A stretch of DNA of 64,000 nt from a virus (taxonomy: Duplodnaviria > Caudoviricetes). Positions 56,901 through 64,000 of this stretch are shown one piece after another; position 1 is the first letter of the stretch; each line of letters starts with the position of its first letter. Position numbers and translations under genes: made by a program. The notes under the pieces are model-generated. The model worked only from the letters and a program-made list of their open reading frames with translations, was not told the DNA's origin and did not search any database. The stretch is from the IMG/VR virus record IMGVR_UViG_3300025316_001101; one strand, written 5' to 3'.

Positions 56901-57442
56901 GTATAGGGTCTCACGCAGAGGGTATTAAAACGTGCGCATACGCACTAGCATCGCATGCAGAAGGATGTCTTTCTTGTGCTTGTAAATTAGGTCAACACGC
57001 ATCAGCGAGTGGTGTAATTGGCACAGAAACCCCTGGTAAGGTTGGAAGTGCGCAATATAGCAGATTCCATTTGATGGCAAAAACGACTTTGAGTGAAACA
57101 GTTGAATTAACGATTGGCAATCAAGGTGGCGTCATTACTTTACCGCCGAGTACAACATGGATGTATACTGTAAAAATAGTAGCTAGTAAAGCTGGGTCTG
57201 TTAGTGGAGGAGCTTGGTTTATACAAGGAGTTATAAATAAATATCTAACTCTAGATTCAGTTGCATTAATAGCACCTACCGTTACAGAGTATGAATGGAA
57301 CACTATGGGAGGTGGATCTATAGCTATAGATGCGGCTTATGATGGTTCTATTAGTTGGTTAAGAATTCAAGCAACCGGTACAGGAGCCGCTACTCGTTGG
57401 AGTGCGATTGTAGAATGTGCAGAAGTTATTATTAAAGCATAA
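53912..57442 (+). CDS. Cys-rich HxEG-repeat fibre/adhesin protein 2
   Basis: ATTGKTSDLTNGAGFLT; SHAEG repeats with segmental duplications; central insert; C-terminal GSAQYSR domain. Confidence 0.8.
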   Translation: MSIYCFCDYCSGQVKCISPEPTNQTTPSWAIDVSLKNLSDQKQNSSDLCLFATTGKTSDLTNGAGFLTSVTGVSCIFNGSYLCGDVTLATIAVSGKSSDLVNTPVTFFTPSSIIEGVSGNGKVQYNNTIGTAKAIAGSSIKFSGDDSRNVTESCGTVDINGFCNHTEGFGYADGRWNHAEGSGYTGTEANPGCSNHAEGFCTCVAHCANHVEGFCTCIGYNVAADGYGAHAEGFCTCACANYGAHAEGFCTCAIGRGAHAEGAAIGYGTAAVYRYPTAASAGSHAEGVGTCAAGIGSHAEGVASPNTDLANPVISGGCACGVGSHVEGVGSCAMGDASHAEGCCTRADGVASHSEGFCTCASGIGAHAEGTFRCVTGTCSTAIVFNNAAGDGSHAEGMGTCATGFASHAEGIAVSNGDLANPVLYPVCAGGCGSHAEGGGTCALSTADHAEGYRTCVCGCMSHAEGFCNVIYDSQVNGYRPCASHVEGFCNIVIHCVSHAEGCCNIVGSQISHAEGICNRISGFCDSEGVANHIEGCCNYIGFCNCATHVEGFCNAAGSCGRFNHIEGFCGKIADTIGFCGVHIEGMGGLGFCNAVHVEGMCFCSNTSVFAELSCTLVATSGTVSGFCMARYAPVVTLSPFCNPTHYGAMIGCVMCGASNPPTTVVQCFVVDSVGTLCIVCNCGTPSTCICQACVPTAINLTTGAWGNIPMCGSTGNVALKYSYYCVPTFIYNRASDCAAHAEGVGTCAMGYASHAEGMAAPLQSHTYDSAMCCEVLSVPNPVCASCRGSHAEGGGTCALAVGSHAEGYRTYTDQCGSHVEGYRNIIQSSIGCGSHAEGFCNVLGEGGASNLVAGHVEGMYNVYCCACYSHVEGCCNVLCTGANYTHMEGYGNRATPIAIASHVQGFCNCIDAAFSHAEGCYTYAGGAASHAEGTCTRAGAGASHAEGCGSCACGIASHAEGCCTRADGVASHAEGFCTCAGGDASHAEGYYTYASCIGSHAEGIKTCAYALASHAEGCLSCACKLGQHASASGVIGTETPGKVGSAQYSRFHLMAKTTLSETVELTIGNQGGVITLPPSTTWMYTVKIVASKAGSVSGGAWFIQGVINKYLTLDSVALIAPTVTEYEWNTMGGGSIAIDAAYDGSISWLRIQATGTGAATRWSAIVECAEVIIKA

Positions 57443-57457
57443 ATTGGAGTATGTAAA

Positions 57458-60439
57458 ATGTCAACACATTGTTTTGTTAGTTGCTATAATGGCCAAGTGC
57501 AATTGCTAAATTGTACAGGGGACTTATCCCCCGATAGTCCAGCATTAAATGTGGATAATAGTTTGCGAAATTTAGCTGTACAAAAGCAAAATTATAGTGA
57601 ATTATCAGCCGCAGCAAAAAGTGGAAAATCGTGTGATGTAGTTAATGACTGTGGCTTCTTAACATGCGTCACTGGAGTACAATCGGTAAACACTTGTCAC
57701 GGAGCCATTACTTTACACACAGTTGCAACCAGTGCAAGAACTTGCGACATGGTTAATGACGCTGGTTACATCACTTGTTTTAGTTGTACTCCCGCAGGTA
57801 TGGCAGATCAAATACAATACAATTGTGGCGGTGTTCTTTGCGGTTCAGAGGGATATAAATACATACTGGCCGACTGCACTGTGGTGGAAAGTGGCGGAAT
57901 AGTAATTGGCGGCGCTAAATGCTCACACGTTGATGGTGCATGTTATACTGTAGTTTGCTGTAGTTGTTCGCACGGCGAAGGATTTTGCAATAGAGTTCGT
58001 GGCTGTGTTGGTCACGTAGAAGGATGTAACAACAGTACGTGTGAGTCTTTTTCACATTCCGAAGGATGTGGAAATATGTCAACATGTAGTTCGAATTATT
58101 CTCATGCTGAGGGTCATACCAATACTCTTTGTTGTAGTTGCTTTGGTCACGTAGAAGGGTATGGCAATTGTGCAAGAGGTACATTTATTCACGCTGAAGG
58201 ATTTTGCGGCTGTTTTGGTGCAGGCAACGTTACCAGTAGTGCTGGTCACATGGAGGGCGTAACTCCAATAGGTTCAACAACGAGTTCATTTCATGCTGAA
58301 GGTTTTTGTACACAATCTAGCGGCACAATAAGTCATGCTGAAGGCATGTATACCAAAGCTTTATCGATTGCCGCTCATGCTGAAGGTTTTTGCGCATGCG
58401 CTTGCAGTGGTGCATATCTTGGCGCTCATGCTGAAGGCTTCTGCACATATGCTACTAATAGCAACACTCATGCCGAAGGTTTTATCCGATATAGCGCAAC
58501 GGCCACTCCAAACGTAATCTACAATTGCGCATGTGATCTAAGCAGTCATGTGGAAGGTGCTGGAAATTGTGCTCTTGCGGCAGCGGCTCATGTTGAAGGA
58601 GCAGCATACGGGTCTGGAGCCACACATATCATTAATTGTGCGGTTTGTTTTGCCGCCCACGTTGAAGGCGTTGGAAATTGTGGCTGTGGTGGTCAGTTTA
58701 GTCATATTGAAGGAGGATGTCATTATATTTGTTGCACTGGGTCATCCTATGGCTGTGCCACTCACATGGAAGGATTTTGTAACGTCGTGTACTCGAACCA
58801 GACTCAAATAGCTCATCACATAGAAGGGTATGGGAATATTGGGTTCTGCGGCAGCAGTTACATGCACATAGAAGGATTGTGTAATATGGGCTATGCTTCA
58901 CCGGGAAGTAAACCTCTTCATGTAGAAGGATGCCAAACATTTGCTTGCGGTGGTCAGATACATGTAGAGGGTGTATGTACCTGTGCAAGCGGTGGTGGTA
59001 ACAACATACACATGGAAGGATGCAGAAATAGAGCGGTATCTGATAATGCACATGTTGAAGGATTTTGTAATTTTATACCGTGTACTGGCACGCAAGGGCA
59101 CATAGAAGGGTTTTGCAATTTGATTACCACCGTAACGAACACACAGCACGTGGAAGGATTTTGTAATTTTGTATGTGCTGGCATCGCAGATCATGTTCAT
59201 GGCGCTTATAATAAGGTTATAGCTTGTAATTCATCTTGTAATATGGGTAATCACACTCAAGGACTTTGCAGTGTTTTATGTACCTCCTGTGCTGTGGGTT
59301 CTCACGTTGAAGGATTTTGCAATTATATCGCTTACTCACCAGTGTATATTTGCGGTAATCATATGGAAGGATTTTGCAATTATCAAGTGTGTGGAGATGC
59401 TTCACACATGGAAGGATCGTGCAATAGAGCATGTTGCTACGGCGCTCATATTGAAGGTATATGCAATTGTATAAGTGCGCAGTGTATACATGCAGAAGGT
59501 GGCTGTCATTGCATTGGCATAGGAGCTACTCCTAGTAATATGCATATTGAAGGATTTGGTGCGTGTTTGGGAAATTCATCTCAATGTAATTCTCATCTAG
59601 AAGGATATAAACCATTCGCTACATGCATTGGTTCTTGTACCAATTACGACATGCACATCGAAGGATGTTGTAATATTGGTGCTGGTGATGCGGTTCATGC
59701 CCAAGGATTTTGTACATGTGCATGCTGTTGTATGGCTCATACCGAAGGGTGTTGTACCTGTGTTGGATTTTGTTATGGTCATGCCGAAGGGTGTTGTACA
59801 GGTGTTGGTGGAAACGCTGGTGGCCATGCCCAAGGATTTTGTACCAAAGCTTGTGGTCTTGCTTCGCACGCAGAGGGATTTTGCTCTTCAAATTCGGTTA
59901 CTGCTCCTTATTCTCATGCAGAAGGATTTTGTACCGCAACATGTTGTTGTGCATCTCATGCCGAAGGATTTTGTACATCTGCTTGTGGTCAGGCCGCTCA
60001 TGCAGAAGGATATGCTTCTAGTGCTAATTTAACCGCTCAACACACTACATCTAGTGGAATATTCGCAGTTGGATCATGTCAGCCCGATAATAAACACTTT
60101 AGATATTATAGCCAAGTATGCACTGTAAATGCTTCGACATTGCCCATTGCAAACTTCGCATTAAGTGGAACCACTGCATACAATATGCACATATCAGCTT
60201 ACAATAAATCTTGCGATCTTGGTGCTGGATTTTATGTATGGGGCCTAGCCAATCCATCAGGTGGTATATGTTGCTGTTGTTGTGGTTATAATGAAGTTGG
60301 TCCCGGTGCAGTAAATGCTGTTACTGGTATTACAGTGGGATTCTCCACTAACTGCATAGTTGCTTGCGCAACAGGATGTGCGGCTCAAAATATATTATGG
60401 CACATGGTTGTTACGGCAGTAGACATATCAACTTTTTAA
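57458..60439 (+). CDS. Cys-rich HxEG-repeat fibre/adhesin protein 3
   Basis: SGKSCDVVNDCGFLT, VQSVNTCHG; nearly uninterrupted H[AVIM]EG repeats. Confidence 0.8.
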   Translation: MSTHCFVSCYNGQVQLLNCTGDLSPDSPALNVDNSLRNLAVQKQNYSELSAAAKSGKSCDVVNDCGFLTCVTGVQSVNTCHGAITLHTVATSARTCDMVNDAGYITCFSCTPAGMADQIQYNCGGVLCGSEGYKYILADCTVVESGGIVIGGAKCSHVDGACYTVVCCSCSHGEGFCNRVRGCVGHVEGCNNSTCESFSHSEGCGNMSTCSSNYSHAEGHTNTLCCSCFGHVEGYGNCARGTFIHAEGFCGCFGAGNVTSSAGHMEGVTPIGSTTSSFHAEGFCTQSSGTISHAEGMYTKALSIAAHAEGFCACACSGAYLGAHAEGFCTYATNSNTHAEGFIRYSATATPNVIYNCACDLSSHVEGAGNCALAAAAHVEGAAYGSGATHIINCAVCFAAHVEGVGNCGCGGQFSHIEGGCHYICCTGSSYGCATHMEGFCNVVYSNQTQIAHHIEGYGNIGFCGSSYMHIEGLCNMGYASPGSKPLHVEGCQTFACGGQIHVEGVCTCASGGGNNIHMEGCRNRAVSDNAHVEGFCNFIPCTGTQGHIEGFCNLITTVTNTQHVEGFCNFVCAGIADHVHGAYNKVIACNSSCNMGNHTQGLCSVLCTSCAVGSHVEGFCNYIAYSPVYICGNHMEGFCNYQVCGDASHMEGSCNRACCYGAHIEGICNCISAQCIHAEGGCHCIGIGATPSNMHIEGFGACLGNSSQCNSHLEGYKPFATCIGSCTNYDMHIEGCCNIGAGDAVHAQGFCTCACCCMAHTEGCCTCVGFCYGHAEGCCTGVGGNAGGHAQGFCTKACGLASHAEGFCSSNSVTAPYSHAEGFCTATCCCASHAEGFCTSACGQAAHAEGYASSANLTAQHTTSSGIFAVGSCQPDNKHFRYYSQVCTVNASTLPIANFALSGTTAYNMHISAYNKSCDLGAGFYVWGLANPSGGICCCCCGYNEVGPGAVNAVTGITVGFSTNCIVACATGCAAQNILWHMVVTAVDISTF

Positions 60440-60486
60440 CATGTGTAGCATAAATAGGATATGTGCTTAAATTAAAGGAGAAAAAT

Positions 60487-60786
60487 ATGGCTGCTATAGA
60501 ACTCAATACCCCAGAAATAACACCAGCTACACCAGAAAAAGTATATAATCTTTTGTGGCTGTCGCAACTTAATATTATGGCCGATAATCCTAATCAAAAA
60601 GTTGCAGTAAGTGCCAGACTTGATAAAGGAAGAATTCTTGAAGATGGCGTAACATGGGAGCTAAAAAAAGATGGTAGTTCTTATGTAAATATAGATGATT
60701 TCTTTGCCGAAGCAGAAGCTAATCCTGCCTTGCTTCAAATCATGGGAGGCATACTTACAGAACTTAAAACAAGAGCCGCACTGTAA
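60487..60786 (+). CDS. 99-aa protein, copy B
   Basis: ATG 60487 after AAAGGAG; ATAAATA at 60450-60456; paralog of 50029..50328. Confidence 0.75.
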   Translation: MAAIELNTPEITPATPEKVYNLLWLSQLNIMADNPNQKVAVSARLDKGRILEDGVTWELKKDGSSYVNIDDFFAEAEANPALLQIMGGILTELKTRAAL

Positions 60787-60797
60787 TTAATAATATA

Positions 60798-60831
60798 GAT
60801 CTCAATGTCGGCGTAAGCCGACATTGAGATC
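60798..60831. terminator. hairpin, CAATGTCGGC family
   Basis: GATCTCAATGTCGGC-gtaa-GCCGACATTGAGATC. Confidence 0.8.
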
Positions 60832-60935
60832 ATTTGGTATCAGCACCTAAAAGCCTTTCTAAAATGTTTGTAAAAAAATATAAATTTCACTCTAATAATC
60901 TTACAAACACCACTTTTAGGACTTGGAGATAGATA

Positions 60936-61664
60936 ATGTGGGATAAAATCCAATGTGTAATTCAAACTTATAATCAGCCTGCCACCAAAGAACTACAACA
61001 ATGGATCGCTTGGACCAAAGTTGATTGGCGATACAGTGAAGGCGGATATGAAATTGATGTGGCCAAGAATCGTTCGGTTATGAAGTTCCTTGCCGAAGAC
61101 GTTCCCAGAGGAAAGGAATATTTATTAATGATTGCCAATGATATGGTTCCGATGCCAACGACTTTCAATATTTTGACAGAACCAGGAGATTTGATTTATT
61201 GTCAATCAATGGGAAATGAAGGTCGATTAGACCATCATGGCGACAAGAATTTTTCTGCCGCCTGTTGGAGAGGACATGCTAAGGTTTTACAATCATTTGG
61301 CCCACCGTGGTTCCGTATGGGCCATACTGGGGATCGCACTTCTCAAACATATTGTGATTGTGGATATTTCAAAGATCGAGCACAAGAACAAGGATACGAT
61401 GGTCGGCAAGTGGGAATTATTGGACATGAACAGAGATGTATTCTTACCCCTCATGGAGAAGATATACAAAAATGGAGCATGATTTGGCCTAGTGGTTGGC
61501 CATTAGGGGATGTATTTGCATCCACACAACCAAAAACAACCGCTGCTCAGTCCCTTGCGACTCCTGTAACCCCTTGCCCATGTCCGTGTCCGAAACCGGC
61601 TGTTACAGCAGCAACTCCAGTTGTCGCTCAACCACAAGCGATTTCTGCGATGCCTGCATGCTAA
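60936..61664 (+). CDS. putative GT-A fold glycosyltransferase with low-complexity Pro/Thr/Ala tail
   Basis: A.NRSV..FL, YLLMIANDMVP, SAACW, PPWF, CDCGYF.DRA; tail TPCPCPCPKP. Confidence 0.55.
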   Translation: MWDKIQCVIQTYNQPATKELQQWIAWTKVDWRYSEGGYEIDVAKNRSVMKFLAEDVPRGKEYLLMIANDMVPMPTTFNILTEPGDLIYCQSMGNEGRLDHHGDKNFSAACWRGHAKVLQSFGPPWFRMGHTGDRTSQTYCDCGYFKDRAQEQGYDGRQVGIIGHEQRCILTPHGEDIQKWSMIWPSGWPLGDVFASTQPKTTAAQSLATPVTPCPCPCPKPAVTAATPVVAQPQAISAMPAC

Positions 61665-61672
61665 TTTAATTG

Positions 61673-61710
61673 AAAAACCCAATGTCGGCCTACGCCGACA
61701 TTGGGTTTTT
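61673..61710. terminator. bidirectional terminator, CAATGTCGGC family
   Basis: AAAAACCCAATGTCGGC-ctac-GCCGACATTGGGTTTTT between convergent genes. Confidence 0.85.
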
Positions 61711-61713
61711 TAG

Positions 61714-61821
61714 TAGCCGAAGCGGGACTTGCACCCGCACGGAGGTTACCCTCCACAAGATTTTAATTCATAGCGATGACTGTCGCTTGTCTTGTGTGTC
61801 TGCTAATTTCACCATTCGGCC
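61714..61821 (-). tRNA. tRNA-Leu(UAA) with 22-nt insertion in the anticodon loop; CCA not encoded
   Basis: Acceptor GGCCGAA/TTCGGCT+A, D-arm GGTGAAATTAGCAGACAC, anticodon stem CAAGA/TCTTG, loop C|TTAAAA, variable arm GGAGG-gtaa-CCTCC, T-arm GCGGG-TGCAAGT-CCCGC. Confidence 0.8.
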
Positions 61822-61822
61822 A

Positions 61823-62731
61823 TCAACTATTTAGCAACTTCCCCATTCTATCTATAGCGTTTTGTCTTCGCAAATGAGTTTTGGCATATTCTTGACCAGC
61901 TTTACCTATCATTTCTGCCTTTTCGGGATTCTCCACAGTCCAATTAACTGCTTGCAACATCCCTTCCGCCGTTTCGGCGGAAGGGATGTAGTGTACCCAA
62001 GGCTGAAAACTGCCATCGAACCAGAACCATTGTTCATATTTACGATCTGTAGCAATTATTGGCCTTCCTGTAGCTAGCAACAGCGGAAGCCGTCCACTAT
62101 GCCCATTTGCCGTCAAATCAATTAGAATTCTATATTTACAATGCTCTACGAGGGTAATATAATCGCTGGTGTGCTGGTAAAGGTTGGTTTTATCCCGTCG
62201 ATTCCATTCCATCATGCGAATATCCATAAGATCTGGATATTGAGCCGCCAAATCATTGGCTACCACTCTAGTTGGGTGGGTATTGGCACCGATCCAAAAT
62301 GCCCGTGAATTGACTGGCAACACCTCTCCTGCCCGCACCAATTCTTGAAAGGTTGTTTCATAGTCCAAAATTCCTACTTCGGGCCATGCATCAAACACAA
62401 AGTTGGGCATGCATTTATCTAATAGGTCTTTTGAAGTAATGGAAAACGAAAAGTCGGCAGCATGATTAAAAATGTCACCAGTATCAATGTGAATCATTTT
62501 TTCTGGTCTAGACTGGTCACTTTTTACACATTGATCCCAAGCTGCCTTGAGCAAACGTATTAAAGATGGGTGTCTAGTTTCATGACATCCATAGTCATTA
62601 AATTCTATTTTGGCATGATCATAGATCATGTCTAATTTTTCTTTACCGTAGTGTATACGGTTAGTCGTCTCTCGGGTCGGCAACGTCAATTTTGTAATCA
62701 GCTTCTTCATCAAATTTCTCGAACATTTCAT
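61823..62731 (-). CDS. GT90 (CAP10/POGLUT-like) glycosyltransferase
   Basis: RAFWIGA, EHCKYRILIDLTANGHSGRL..LL, F.PWVHYIP, A..IGKAGQEYA..HL; true start probably 62629 (MIYDHAK). Confidence 0.85.
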   Translation of the reverse strand: MKCSRNLMKKLITKLTLPTRETTNRIHYGKEKLDMIYDHAKIEFNDYGCHETRHPSLIRLLKAAWDQCVKSDQSRPEKMIHIDTGDIFNHAADFSFSITSKDLLDKCMPNFVFDAWPEVGILDYETTFQELVRAGEVLPVNSRAFWIGANTHPTRVVANDLAAQYPDLMDIRMMEWNRRDKTNLYQHTSDYITLVEHCKYRILIDLTANGHSGRLPLLLATGRPIIATDRKYEQWFWFDGSFQPWVHYIPSAETAEGMLQAVNWTVENPEKAEMIGKAGQEYAKTHLRRQNAIDRMGKLLNS

Positions 62732-64000
62732 CTACGGATGTATATCGGTTGGGTTCCACTTCTTTTTCATAGGATGTCTCTTTTTCAATGTCTTCCTTGG
62801 CTTCTTCCCAAGGAATCGTTTTCTCAACACCAGATTTTACATCTTCAACTCGTTGTTTCAAATCTTCGCACATTTCCTGTGCTTGTTCTGGTCCACCATA
62901 GAAAGATACTTCCCAATAAACAGTATCAAGAATTTCCAATAAAGTGAAATGCTGTTTGCCGATTGAAATTTTATTCTCAAAATGTTCGTACACGTCTAAA
63001 GTATCATCAGCTACAATTGAAAGATCAGCCAATTCACACATCGGGGTGAAACCAATGCCGTAGTGTTGGGTTTCTGGCGAAGGCACGGGATTACCATCTT
63101 TATCCTTGACGCCATACTTTACCCACTCTGCCTTTTCTTCTTCGCTCAATGGCCCGTAACCATGAATATCGCAACCCATACCGATGTCACGATCTTCTTT
63201 GTATACATGTACTTCACCACGTCTTGTCAATTTCAAAAAATACAAAGTGGTAGGAGTTGCAGGCAACTTAGCAGCAGCATGGAATTCATCAATGGAACGG
63301 CACCAAGAGTATTGAGCAATCAGGCATTTGAGTGCTTCATTTGAATCTACAAAATTGAACAAATCTCGCAGACTGAAATTTTCCGCAATCGAACAAGGGC
63401 TCATCAAATATTGTAGGGGATCAAGTTTCTCTCCTATTGCATTGAAAACCCCATCTTTTTTCAAATAAATTTCTTCGACATCATCAGGATGACGACCGAA
63501 TAGACTTTCCAACATTTCAAGAAGCGTGAAACAATAAGTACCTTGCAAGACTACTTTGCCATCATCGTATATCTTGAATTCCTCATCCAGTTTTAGAGGT
63601 ACATCCCAATCAGCGTGAGGGATGGTAAAACTATTGTTGGATACAATGGTCAACATTCCATCCAAGCCGACTAATCCTTCACGACTAATGATGAGTGGGC
63701 CATTGGTTGTAGATTCAGGCTCTTCCTTTTGACGTTGATAGTCAAACAGCGGCAGCATCGCCAGGGCCAACAGTTCGAGTTCTTCAGTATTTTTAATAAA
63801 ATCCATCAAATCTCTTAGGGTAAAACCCTCTTCGATTTGAATTCGATCTCGCAAAGAAGTGAAGACGTTATTGACCGGGCCGATGTCATAGAAAAAATCA
63901 TCGGCATCTTCCGGTGTGTTGGCTGTAAAAACGATTTCACCGCTTTCACGGTTTACAATGACACATTTGCCATCTTTTTTACGACGTTTGTGTTCACCGC
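62661..64000 (-). CDS. hypothetical protein with internally duplicated domain, partial (frame open to window end)
   Basis: F[TS]LRDL..F...E.L and FTLLE[MI]L each occur twice; no stop between 63854 and 64000 in frame. Confidence 0.65.
   Translation of the reverse strand, partial: GEHKRRKKDGKCVIVNRESGEIVFTANTPEDADDFFYDIGPVNNVFTSLRDRIQIEEGFTLRDLMDFIKNTEELELLALAMLPLFDYQRQKEEPESTTNGPLIISREGLVGLDGMLTIVSNNSFTIPHADWDVPLKLDEEFKIYDDGKVVLQGTYCFTLLEMLESLFGRHPDDVEEIYLKKDGVFNAIGEKLDPLQYLMSPCSIAENFSLRDLFNFVDSNEALKCLIAQYSWCRSIDEFHAAAKLPATPTTLYFLKLTRRGEVHVYKEDRDIGMGCDIHGYGPLSEEEKAEWVKYGVKDKDGNPVPSPETQHYGIGFTPMCELADLSIVADDTLDVYEHFENKISIGKQHFTLLEILDTVYWEVSFYGGPEQAQEMCEDLKQRVEDVKSGVEKTIPWEEAKEDIEKETSYEKEVEPNRYTSVDEMFEKFDEEADYKIDVADPRDD

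Noticed and set aside
50529-60032. Many short antisense and alternate-frame ORFs across the fibre genes
   Set aside because: By-products of the repetitive, biased codon use of the HxEG repeats
50509-60439. Diversity-generating retroelement or TGY codon reassignment as the cause of Cys excess
   Set aside because: No reverse transcriptase or adenine-specific TR/VR pair seen; Cys codons are used normally in CxxC and catalytic motifs elsewhere
61760-61795. Group I intron or strict archaeal BHB intron in tRNA-Leu
   Set aside because: 22 nt is too short for group I, and the 4-bp central helix of a BHB could not be formed at either junction
1-64000. Stop-codon recoding (TAG or TGA read-through) as in some jumbo phages
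   Set aside because: Conserved genes are full length in the standard code, and TAG/TGA end genes at operon junctions

Overview
This window is a gene-dense piece of a large T4-like (myovirus-type) phage genome read in the standard code; it does not look like a bacterial chromosome. The T4-style core is UvsX/RecA, gp32 SSB, a gp41/DnaB helicase, UvsY-like and UvsW proteins, a gp4-like nuclease and a gp23-like capsid paralog. Other enzymes are thyA, pyrB, an RlmN-like radical SAM methyltransferase, a Hel308-like helicase, a polymerase-domain-only PolA, two nucleoside deoxyribosyltransferase-like proteins and a dATP/dGTP diphosphohydrolase-cupin fusion. A glycosyltransferase/methyltransferase cluster spans 8-15 kb and two more GTs lie at 61-63 kb. 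Mobile elements are two TnpA-less IS200/IS605 TnpB elements, a 5'-truncated GIY-YIG gene and a double-HNH homing endonuclease. Four observations stand out. (1) A 10-kb cassette of three extremely Cys-rich HxEG-repeat fibre/adhesin proteins is bracketed by duplicated 99-aa gene+terminator modules and adjoins GTs. (2) About ten unrelated proteins share an N-terminal T4 capsid-targeting-sequence-like motif (M..F[KQ].[WF][LI]..E), mostly behind late-promoter-like NTA(A/G/T)ATA boxes. (3) A tRNA-Leu(UAA) carries a 22-nt hairpin insertion in its anticodon loop. (4) A covarying 62-71 nt branched insert sits at the same position in three of the four TnpB element ends. All family assignments are motif recognition by eye; no database searches were run.
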